Source: a virus
Taxonomy: Duplodnaviria; Caudoviricetes
Strand: one strand, 5' to 3'
IMG/VR virus record: IMGVR_UViG_2751185632_000005
Location: 25,472 to 89,471 of that record
Length of the DNA stretch: 64,000 nt
In this document: positions 35,662 through 43,292 of the stretch, one piece after another
How the letters are laid out: every line of letters begins with the position of its first letter
How positions within the stretch are numbered: the first letter of the stretch is position 1
Position numbers and translations under genes: made by a program
Notes under the pieces: generated by a model
Database searches by the model: none
Told to the model about the DNA's origin: nothing
What the model saw: the letters and a program-made list of their open reading frames with translations, nothing else

Positions 35662-36225
35662 TCAGGCGGCGAACAGGTCGGAAGCCGAGGCCTGATCGGC
35701 GACCTTCGGCGCCTTGGCGGCAGCCGGCTTGGTGGGCTTCTCCGCCTTCTTGGCCGGCGCCGGCATCTTGGCGAGGTTCAGGGCGCCCTTGACGGCCTGC
35801 AGGATGCGCGGCTCGGCGTCCTTGTTCGTGAGGGTGTCGACCACCTTCGCGAGGTAGGCGGCGACGTCGAATTCCTTTTCGGCGCGGGCGCTGGCCTTGG
35901 CCTGCTTCTCGAAGTTGGCCGGCGCGACGGCGAGCAGGCCATCAACGTCCGTCTTCTTGCCCTTGGCGAAGGCGAACGCGCCGGTGTCCTTGTCGAAGGT
36001 AACCCGACCGAACGCGACCGACCACGACACCAGGCCGGCGCGGTAGTTGGTCGGCGTGGCCTGATAGAGCGAGTTGAGATGCGACGGGCAAGAGTGCTGC
36101 TCGACGTGCATGAGGCACGATGCGGCGAGCTGGTGTTCACGCTCGGTGAAGCTGGCGGCAGCCTTGGCACGGCCGGCGATGGCGGACTTGAGAGCGGAAC
36201 CGGTGAGGATGGCGAAAGTGGTCAT
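35662..36225 (-). CDS. Conserved phage early protein
   Basis: SCLMHVEQH...LNSLY...LVSWSVAFGRV; Ala/Lys/Pro-rich tail; phage-like codon usage. Confidence 0.75.
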   Translation of the reverse strand: MTTFAILTGSALKSAIAGRAKAAASFTEREHQLAASCLMHVEQHSCPSHLNSLYQATPTNYRAGLVSWSVAFGRVTFDKDTGAFAFAKGKKTDVDGLLAVAPANFEKQAKASARAEKEFDVAAYLAKVVDTLTNKDAEPRILQAVKGALNLAKMPAPAKKAEKPTKPAAAKAPKVADQASASDLFAA

Positions 36226-36289
36226 GATGAAGGTCTCCATTGGTGGCATAGTTGCCGGGGGGTAGGCCTTGAACGTCGGCCCGAAGACG

Positions 36290-36390
36290 CCTAGCTTGAG
36301 GGAAGCCCCGAGCCTTTCGGCCCGGAGCCCCCTTGCGCTAGAGGGGTATCGAAAGGGTCACGGTGAGGCGCACCGTGGCCCTTCTCCACT
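36290..36390 (-). other. Two strong RNA hairpins upstream of the first large gene of the leftward block
   Basis: AAGGGCCACGGTG-CGCCT-CACCGTGACCCTT and AGGGGGCTCCGGGCC-GAAA-GGCTCGGGGCTTCCCT. Confidence 0.6.
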
Positions 36391-36553
36391 TCCAGCGAAG
36401 GGTAATCGACCATGAACGCATGGCGATTTTCCCTCTTGCTAGAGCCGCCGTGACGTGGCGGCGGATCGGGTGCTGGTGGACCGTTTAGCGGTCCGTAAGC
36501 GCACCGTGCGAGGCACCCAGCGGATGCCCCGAGGCGCTGCGCTTATCGCGCTA

Positions 36554-36685
36554 TCATCCCTTGAAGGTGTCCATCTGCCCCCAAGCGATGCAACGCGCGC
36601 CGTATTTGCTGATTATGTCCATTTCCTCGAAAGCGAGGTTCGCGAAGATCTTCCCGTCTTCAAACTTGACCCAGTAGCGCGGCAT
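36554..36685 (-). CDS. 43-aa small protein (below ORF-track cutoff)
   Basis: GAGGA RBS; MPRYWVKFEDGKIFANLAFEEMDIISKYGARCIAWGQMDTFKG. Confidence 0.55.
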   Translation of the reverse strand: MPRYWVKFEDGKIFANLAFEEMDIISKYGARCIAWGQMDTFKG

Positions 36686-36695
36686 GATTTCATCC

Positions 36696-36818
36696 TCACA
36701 TCATGTAGATGGCGATTGCTGCCCGGATGATTTCCGAGACGGGGTTGTCGGTCGCGATGACCGCGACGAGGCCGAGACCGGCCATGTTGAAGGCGAGATA
36801 ACCAAGCGGTTCGTACAT
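36696..36818 (-). CDS. 40-aa small membrane protein (below ORF-track cutoff)
   Basis: GGAG RBS; MYEPLGYLAFNMAGLGLVAVIATDNPVSEIIRAAIAIYMM. Confidence 0.5.
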   Translation of the reverse strand: MYEPLGYLAFNMAGLGLVAVIATDNPVSEIIRAAIAIYMM

Positions 36819-37339
36819 GCTTGCAGCTCCATTCCAAGGCGAGCCGGCAGGGATGCCGCAGGCTGGCGCTGGAATGCGAAAGGCGCCAAGCGTTGCCGCC
36901 CGGCGCCCTTCTGTCTGGCCTGAACCGGCCGCGTGCCGTCGGCGCTACGGTCAATCCAAGCCATCGAATTCCAACGTTGGTTTTCGATTGTCGCTTGCCC
37001 TTGCCTGTCTCGGTTGAGGGTCTAAGCGCTTGCATCTGGTGTGCCGCCACCTCCGTTCCCGCGCCTTGCGGCCTAGACCCTTGGTGATGCCGGTCCTTTA
37101 TGGACTCGCCGGCATGAGACCCTTCCCTTTGCCTGCCCCTGCCGGCTTTGTCGTGCCGGCCGCTTGGCCTTGGTTGCCCTATGATCGGTTGCGAACCCCG
37201 CCCGAATCACTTCCTGCAATCCACCGACTTGACCTTTCGATCGTCGCGGCAACCACGGGCATGACTCAGCCGAAATCCACCGATTTCAAAGATCCCGGCG
37301 TTTCCGCCGCCCCGGTCCGCATCGCGTTCCGTTGGTTCT

Positions 37340-37368
37340 AATATTTGTACACAACGTACAAATCGCAA
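37340..37368 (-). promoter_or_regulatory. Leftward promoter with a perfect repressor operator in its spacer
   Basis: TTGCGA-N17-AATATT; ATTTGTAC-ACAAC-GTACAAAT perfect inverted repeat at 37343-37363. Confidence 0.65.
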
Positions 37369-37513
37369 GCGGATTTTTCGTATTCCGGCCAGAAAAATGA
37401 TAACAGTCTGAAATATAATGATTTTCAAATATCCAAATCTCATCCGTCTGGCGAACTTCGCCCTGCCTTTCATGCCTGTCTGGCAAAGCGGAATGGCAAG
37501 AAAAATCACGTAA

Positions 37514-37526
37514 TATCAGCAATTTA
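37514..37526 (+). promoter_or_regulatory. Possible IHF site in an AT-rich patch
   Basis: TATCAGCAATTTA fits WATCARNNNNTTR. Confidence 0.3.
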
Positions 37527-38020
37527 TGAATAGGTCACTGGCTGATTCTCTACCTTTTTTGGGGCACGGAATTTCGTCCGATTTTGAAGCGGCACGACCG
37601 GCGGGCTTCTACATGCCGTATGAATTCTCCGCAGATAGAGCCTGTGGGCAAGGGGAGAGGTAGGCGCTTGACACGTGGCCGGCCGCGAGTCACCTCTCCC
37701 TTCAGAGGCGACACGTGCGCCAATCCTTCCCCGCTCATCACCACGCACCAGACGTCGATCGGCGACGGTTCACCCCCGCGTCTTGCCCTCGCATGACCGG
37801 TGGCAAGGCAGCTCGCACCCAACACACCCCGAAGGGGGGAGGGGGGCAAGCGCCAAGCGCAAGCGGACGCCAGGCGATGCTATCCGCCCCCATCGGCACG
37901 CGTGACGCCACCGCCCGACCAGCCCGCCCGGCACGCTGCAACGCCACATACGGCGCGATGCACTGCAACGCGGCTGAAAACTCTAATGAAACCAATAGAA
38001 TGCACCCCTCCCCCTGGGGT

Positions 38021-38081
38021 GGGTCCTTCGCAGGTGCAGCATCGGCCGCGGGTCGGCGGCAGCGCAGGATTTTCGCGATTT
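38021..38081 (+). other. Lambda-like cos site (cosQ plus cosN)
   Basis: GGGTCCT, 23 nt, GGTCGGCGGCAG, then CGCAGGATTTTCGCGATTT; same spacing and flanks as lambda cos as recalled. Confidence 0.75.
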
Positions 38082-38365
38082 CGAGCATTTCGATTCCAGG
38101 GTTCGGATTCGCGTTGAAAACCCGACACCGGTTCCTTGTAGGGAAGCCTCCAAACCACCGCCTTTCGGTTGTGCCGATGCGGCCTTGGTGGGCTCGAGAT
38201 ACGGAAAAACAGCATCCATAGATTGAATTCTGGGGAAGTGCCCGAGCCCTGGAAAGTGAGCAGCCGCAGCGCGCCGAGGTGCAGCGCGGCCCGGGCACCG
38301 AGCCGGTGGAAGGCCGGCATCAACAGCGGAGACGAACCTTGCGCGTCATCACGGTCTCCAAGGAC

Positions 38366-39037
38366 GTGAAAGTGGTTTCGATCGCGCGGAGCAGCCTTGA
38401 GCGGCTGTTCGCCTCGTCCGGCCGGACGGAACTCTTCAATGGTGTCGTCGACGCTGGCCGCAAGACCAAGACGATCGTCCAGAAGGCCGTCACCAACCAG
38501 ATGGCGCTGAAACCCGGCAACTATCAGGGCTACGTGGTCGCCGGGACGCGCGGCATTCCACGGCGTGCGCTGCTCGCCTACGACATCTTCGGCGTCAAGG
38601 GCGGCACCGACGCGGACAAGTACAAAGGCCTGCGCTCGGTTGGCGCCGGCACCCGCACGGCGAGGAAGCTCAACAAGGGCCGGATTGATGCTGACAAGGG
38701 CACAGTCCAGTCCGGCGTCTGGAACAGGCCGCGCATCTTCAAGCGGTCGTTCGAGGCCGACGGCGATTTCTACGCATTCCGGCCGCCAACCGAGGGCACC
38801 TCGACGCATGCGCCGAAGATCTTCTGGACCTTCGGCCGCAAGCCCGACCAGCCGCGCGGCGCCGACGGCAAATTCGCGTCTTCCGGCGTCAAGTACGGCA
38901 AGCTCCGCCGGCTCTACGGCCCGTCGCTGATGAAGGAAATCCCGGAGGACGAATCCGCCGAGGCGTTCTTCCTCAACGGGCCGGTGCTGCTCGAAAAGGC
39001 GGTGCTGAAGCGGATCGACAAGCTGACGAGGTGGTGA
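38366..39037 (+). CDS. gpZ-like (minor tail/neck) protein
   Basis: Basic protein before terS, ending KLRRLYGPSLMKEI; GTG start after AAGGA. Confidence 0.55.
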   Translation: MKVVSIARSSLERLFASSGRTELFNGVVDAGRKTKTIVQKAVTNQMALKPGNYQGYVVAGTRGIPRRALLAYDIFGVKGGTDADKYKGLRSVGAGTRTARKLNKGRIDADKGTVQSGVWNRPRIFKRSFEADGDFYAFRPPTEGTSTHAPKIFWTFGRKPDQPRGADGKFASSGVKYGKLRRLYGPSLMKEIPEDESAEAFFLNGPVLLEKAVLKRIDKLTRW

Positions 39038-39561
39038 TGGCGAAGAAGGTGGTCCCGGTGCTGACCGACGTCAGCGATCTCTTGGTCTCGACCACGGCAA
39101 TGGCGCGTCACCTCGGCATCACCGAGCGCTGGCTCCAGCTTCTCGCCAAGGACGGGACGTTGGTGCCAATCGCCCGCGGCAAGTGGCCGCTGACTTCGAC
39201 AGTTCAGGGCTACATCGCCTTCCTGAAAGAGGGGGCCGAGAAGAAGACCGGCACCACCAGTATGGACAAGCTCCGCGAGGAGAAGATCGCCGACATCCGC
39301 GAGTCCCGCGCGCTGCGGGACCGGCGGGCGATCGACCTCGATGAGGCGCTGGGCATCTTCGACGAGCAGACCGGCCTCTACGTGTCCAGCCTTAACGGCC
39401 TGCCGGCACGCATCACCAGCATTCCGAGGGAGAGGCGGCGTCTCGATGACATCTTCGATGAAGAGCGTCTCCGGCTCTGCGATCTTCTCGCCAAAGCGCG
39501 AAGCCGTCTTGAGACGGGTCGAGAAGATCCTGAAGCCGCGGCCGAGGACGACGCCGCCTGA
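39037..39561 (+). CDS. Terminase small subunit (Nu1-like)
   Basis: wHTH VSTTAMARHLGITERWLQLLAKDG...WPL...VQGYIAFL. Confidence 0.85.
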   Translation: MAKKVVPVLTDVSDLLVSTTAMARHLGITERWLQLLAKDGTLVPIARGKWPLTSTVQGYIAFLKEGAEKKTGTTSMDKLREEKIADIRESRALRDRRAIDLDEALGIFDEQTGLYVSSLNGLPARITSIPRERRRLDDIFDEERLRLCDLLAKARSRLETGREDPEAAAEDDAA

Positions 39562-41509
39562 TTGGGCGCAGAAGTTCCGCCGATATCCAGACACAGCCGG
39601 CCACCCCGGGCCGAGAAACCCCTACAAGACCCCCTACATGATTGCGCCGGTGATGGCGGCTCACGCCCGCACCCACAAGCGCATCGTCGTGGTGGTGTCT
39701 GCACAGTCTGGCAAGACCGAGTCCATTCTCGACCTGATCGCCGAGCGTCTCTACTCGTCGGCCTGCCCGGTCATCTATGTCGGCCCGTCGCGCCAGTTCC
39801 TGACAGAGCAGCTCGAGCCGCGCGTCCAGGACCTTATGGACAACACCCCGTTGCGCGGGCTGTGCGCGCCGGCGAGCCAGCAGAAGAAGACGCGCAAGAC
39901 GATCAACGGCGTGCCGCTCCGCTTGGCGCACGGCGGCAGTTCCGGGGCGCTGAAGTCCGACCCATTCGGTCTCGCATGCACGGATGAGGCCGACGAGCTG
40001 ATGGCGAACGTCCGCAACCAGGGCAGCCCGATCCAACTGGTCGATGCCCGTGGCGACAGCTATCCGGATTTCGTTCACATGATCACGTCGACCCCATCTG
40101 TCGGGCCGGCCGAGGTGGAGCTCGATTCGGAAAGCGGATTCGAGTTTTGGGCCGACTCCGACCCGGAAGAGGTCAAGTCGACGATCTGGCGCCTCTGGCT
40201 GTCGGGCACACGTTACCATTGGGCGTGGCCTTGCCCGCACTGCGAGGAATACTTCATTCCGAGGTTTACATGCCTCGCCTGGGACAAGCCGAAGGACGAG
40301 AGCGGGCGGGAGCTTCCGTCCACCTCGTCAATGGCTAAGAACACGGCGCATTTGGCCTGCCCGCGGTGCGAGACCGCCATCTACGAAGATGAGGTCCGGC
40401 CAGGCACCAACATGTCCAACAAGGAGTGGATGAACTTCAAGGGAGACTTTGTCGCGCCCGGGCAGAAGATCGACCCCGACGGAACGAAGCACGGCACTCC
40501 GCCTGATAGTTGGACGTTGAGCTACTGGATTTCCGGCCTCGCATCGCCCTTCGTCACATGGGGCGAGCGTGCCGCCCGCTATGTGGAGGCGGTTCGGTCG
40601 GGAGACCAGAACGAGGTCCAGACGGTCAAGAACGCCGGCTTCGGCGAACTCTACGCGCCGGGCTCCGGCAACGTACCGGCGTGGGCCGAGGTCAAGAAGT
40701 GCGTCGACGCGTACCGGTTCGGCGAAACGCCAGACGGAGTCCGCGTGCAGACTATGACCGTCGACGTCCAGCAGGACAGGCTGGTGGTTGGCCGGCGCGG
40801 GTGGGGTGCCGGCGGCACCTCCTGGCTCCTTGAGGCCGAAGATGTCTTCGACGCGACCGAGGGCAAAAAGGTCTGGCGGCTTCTCGGCGAGATGGTATCG
40901 GACACCTACGACGGCATGCCGATCAGGATGTGCTTCGTCGACTCCGGCTTCCGTCCCGGCAAGAAGTTTCTTGTGCCGGAGCACCGCGTCTACGAGTTCG
41001 CGCGGCAGCACTTCCACAACGTGCGAGCCACCAAGGGATCGTCGATTCCGCTCCGCAAGCCAATCACTCCGAGCCAGATCGACGTGATCATCGGCGGGCA
41101 GGAGATCAAGAACGGCCTCGAGCTGATCCGCCTCGACACCGACCACTGGAAGTCATGGGTGCAGCAGCGCATCAGATGGGAAGCGGCCGAGGGCGCTTGG
41201 TATCTGCCGGAGGATATCTCCGACGACTACTGCAAACAGATCGTCAGCGAGGCACGCATCGTCGCTCCCGGCGGAAAGGTGAAGTGGGTTCCACGCTCAA
41301 AGGAGAACCACTTCCTGGACGTCGAAGCGATGCAGGCTGCCGTCGCTTCTTTCCTCGGCCTGTCCCGCCTTCGCGAAGGGCCGCCGCAGCGCCAGCGAGC
41401 CGCCGCCCCACCACCGCCAGTGCCACAAAACCCGCGTAGCGGGAGTGGCTCTGCGATGGGAGGAAACCAAGGCTCCATCTGGGGCAACAACCGCGGGAGC
41501 ATTTGGTGA
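39458..41509 (+). CDS. Terminase large subunit (lambda GpA family); start uncertain
   Basis: VSAQSGKT Walker A, DEADE, STP, WPCPHC, TVDVQ, DSG, NHFLDV. Confidence 0.93.
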   Translation: MKSVSGSAIFSPKREAVLRRVEKILKPRPRTTPPDWAQKFRRYPDTAGHPGPRNPYKTPYMIAPVMAAHARTHKRIVVVVSAQSGKTESILDLIAERLYSSACPVIYVGPSRQFLTEQLEPRVQDLMDNTPLRGLCAPASQQKKTRKTINGVPLRLAHGGSSGALKSDPFGLACTDEADELMANVRNQGSPIQLVDARGDSYPDFVHMITSTPSVGPAEVELDSESGFEFWADSDPEEVKSTIWRLWLSGTRYHWAWPCPHCEEYFIPRFTCLAWDKPKDESGRELPSTSSMAKNTAHLACPRCETAIYEDEVRPGTNMSNKEWMNFKGDFVAPGQKIDPDGTKHGTPPDSWTLSYWISGLASPFVTWGERAARYVEAVRSGDQNEVQTVKNAGFGELYAPGSGNVPAWAEVKKCVDAYRFGETPDGVRVQTMTVDVQQDRLVVGRRGWGAGGTSWLLEAEDVFDATEGKKVWRLLGEMVSDTYDGMPIRMCFVDSGFRPGKKFLVPEHRVYEFARQHFHNVRATKGSSIPLRKPITPSQIDVIIGGQEIKNGLELIRLDTDHWKSWVQQRIRWEAAEGAWYLPEDISDDYCKQIVSEARIVAPGGKVKWVPRSKENHFLDVEAMQAAVASFLGLSRLREGPPQRQRAAAPPPPVPQNPRSGSGSAMGGNQGSIWGNNRGSIW

Positions 41510-41736
41510 TGAGCGACCTCGTTGGCCTGACCGCCGCCGAGAAGCAGGATCTGCTGCGCGACTTGCAGGAGGCACTGTTCAGCGGCGTCTACAGGGTCCG
41601 GTTCCGCGACCGCGACGTGACCTATCAGTCCGCCGCCGAAATGCGACAGACCATCGCCGACCTTGAGGCCAGCCTCGGCGTGGGCCGGACCACGAAGCAG
41701 GGCGTGATCTTCACGACCTTCGGGAAAGGACTCTGA
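41509..41736 (+). CDS. gpW-like head-tail joining protein
   Basis: LQEALFSGVYRVRF...VTYQS..EM...IA.LE; between terL and portal. Confidence 0.8.
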   Translation: MSDLVGLTAAEKQDLLRDLQEALFSGVYRVRFRDRDVTYQSAAEMRQTIADLEASLGVGRTTKQGVIFTTFGKGL

Positions 41737-43292
41737 TGGCTGGAAACATCCTCGACAAAGCCATCGGGTTCTTCAGCCCGAAGGCTGGTGCGGAGCGCCT
41801 CGCCTACCGGCGCATGATGGGCGTCCAGGAGAGGGCCGCCTACGAAGGGGCCGGCGCCGGTCGCGTCGGCAGCGGGTGGGATTCTCATGAGCTCGACCCG
41901 AATGCGGCGATCTCCCTGGATGGCCGCCGCCTTCGTGCCCGATCCGCCGACTTGCGGCGGAACAATCCGCTGGCGAAGAACATCGTCTCCAAGCACGCCG
42001 ACTACATCGTCGGCACTGGCATCGTGCCGCGCGCCAAGACAGGCAACACGAGCACGGACAAGCTCATCAATGACCTGTTCGACGAGTGGGCGAAGTCTGC
42101 CTTTGTTGACGGCCTCGACTTCTACGGCGGCTGCCACAAGATGGCGAAGATGATGACTGGCGATGGCGAGGCCTATGCTCGCCGACGCGATCGTCGGCTG
42201 TCAGATGGTCTGCCGGTTCCGCTTCAGATCGAGATCCTGGATGCCAGGCAATGCGACTGGGGCAAGAATGGCGAGGACACTGGCGGCAAGACCATCCAGG
42301 GTGTCGCTTTCAACCCGCTCGGCCAGCGCAAGGGATACTGGATGTTCCCCGAGGCGCCGGGGGCTAGCGTCGGCACATGGACCGCGCGCTCCTCCGTGAG
42401 CGCGTTCATTCCGGCCGAGCAGATGGTTCACCTTTTCGAGGCGGACAGCAATCAGGTCCATGGCGTGACTTGGCTCGCGCCGGTGATCACCGATCTCTAC
42501 AACCTTGCCGACTACGAGTTTGCAGAGAATGTGCGCAAGAAGGCCGAGTCCTGTCTTGTCGGCGTCGTGATCCCCGGCACGCCGGATTACGACCCGAACA
42601 ATCAGGCCGTCGGTGGATCTGACCTCGCCCTCCGTGATCCGAATGGCAATCCCGTCCAGCGGATGGAGCCGGGCATGTTCGTTGTCGCTCATGGCGGCAA
42701 GGATATCCGGTTCAACACGCCGGCGGCGACGGCCGGCATCGAAACCTACATCCGCGTCCGGCATCGGGTGATCGCCGCCGGCGCGCGCATACCCTACGAG
42801 CTTCTGACGGGCGACTTCAGCCAATCCAATTTTGCATCCGGCAAGTTGGGACTGCTCGCATACAAGATCTTCGTCGAGCATGTGCAGTGGCACTACATGA
42901 TCCCCCAGGCGCTCCAGCACATTTGGGACTGGTTCATCGACTCCGCCAAGTTGGCCGGCAAGATTCCGAGGGACCTGAAGGTCGGCGCCGAGTGGACGCC
43001 GCCGGAAATGGAGTCGCTCAGCCGCTACGAAGACGCCCAAGCCGATGAACTCGAGATGCGCATCGGCAAGCGCTCGCCTCAGGAAGTGATCTCCAAGACG
43101 GGCCGCGCGCCGCAGACGGTCTTCAACGAGTTCGTCGAGTGGTTCGACATGATCGCCAAGTCGAAGGTCAAGCTGCTCTTCGACTACCAGGTCCCACACG
43201 TCTCCAAGAACGGCCAACTGCAAAGTCAATCCACATCGCAAGGCGGGACAAGCAATGACAAATCGAAAGATGCGGGTGGATCTCGGTCGTAG
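41736..43292 (+). CDS. Portal protein, lambda family
   Basis: LRARSADLRRNN, VGTGIVP, HGVTWLAP, YELLTGDFS..NFAS. Confidence 0.93.
   Translation: MAGNILDKAIGFFSPKAGAERLAYRRMMGVQERAAYEGAGAGRVGSGWDSHELDPNAAISLDGRRLRARSADLRRNNPLAKNIVSKHADYIVGTGIVPRAKTGNTSTDKLINDLFDEWAKSAFVDGLDFYGGCHKMAKMMTGDGEAYARRRDRRLSDGLPVPLQIEILDARQCDWGKNGEDTGGKTIQGVAFNPLGQRKGYWMFPEAPGASVGTWTARSSVSAFIPAEQMVHLFEADSNQVHGVTWLAPVITDLYNLADYEFAENVRKKAESCLVGVVIPGTPDYDPNNQAVGGSDLALRDPNGNPVQRMEPGMFVVAHGGKDIRFNTPAATAGIETYIRVRHRVIAAGARIPYELLTGDFSQSNFASGKLGLLAYKIFVEHVQWHYMIPQALQHIWDWFIDSAKLAGKIPRDLKVGAEWTPPEMESLSRYEDAQADELEMRIGKRSPQEVISKTGRAPQTVFNEFVEWFDMIAKSKVKLLFDYQVPHVSKNGQLQSQSTSQGGTSNDKSKDAGGSRS

Noticed and set aside
36820-37335. 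c-di-GMP (GEMM) riboswitch in the leftward leader
   Set aside because: GGCAAA and GCAAAG-like words are present, but the GNRA tetraloop/receptor architecture could not be placed. It is kept only as a generic structured leader.
37930-37975. Short TGCAACGC direct repeats upstream of cosQ
   Set aside because: Only two short copies with irregular spacing; not enough to call iterons or an array.
37560-38340. ORFs spanning the cos region (37715-38221, 37738-38298, 37880-38809)
   Set aside because: Low-complexity Arg/Ala/Pro translations across a cis-acting packaging region; no family motifs.
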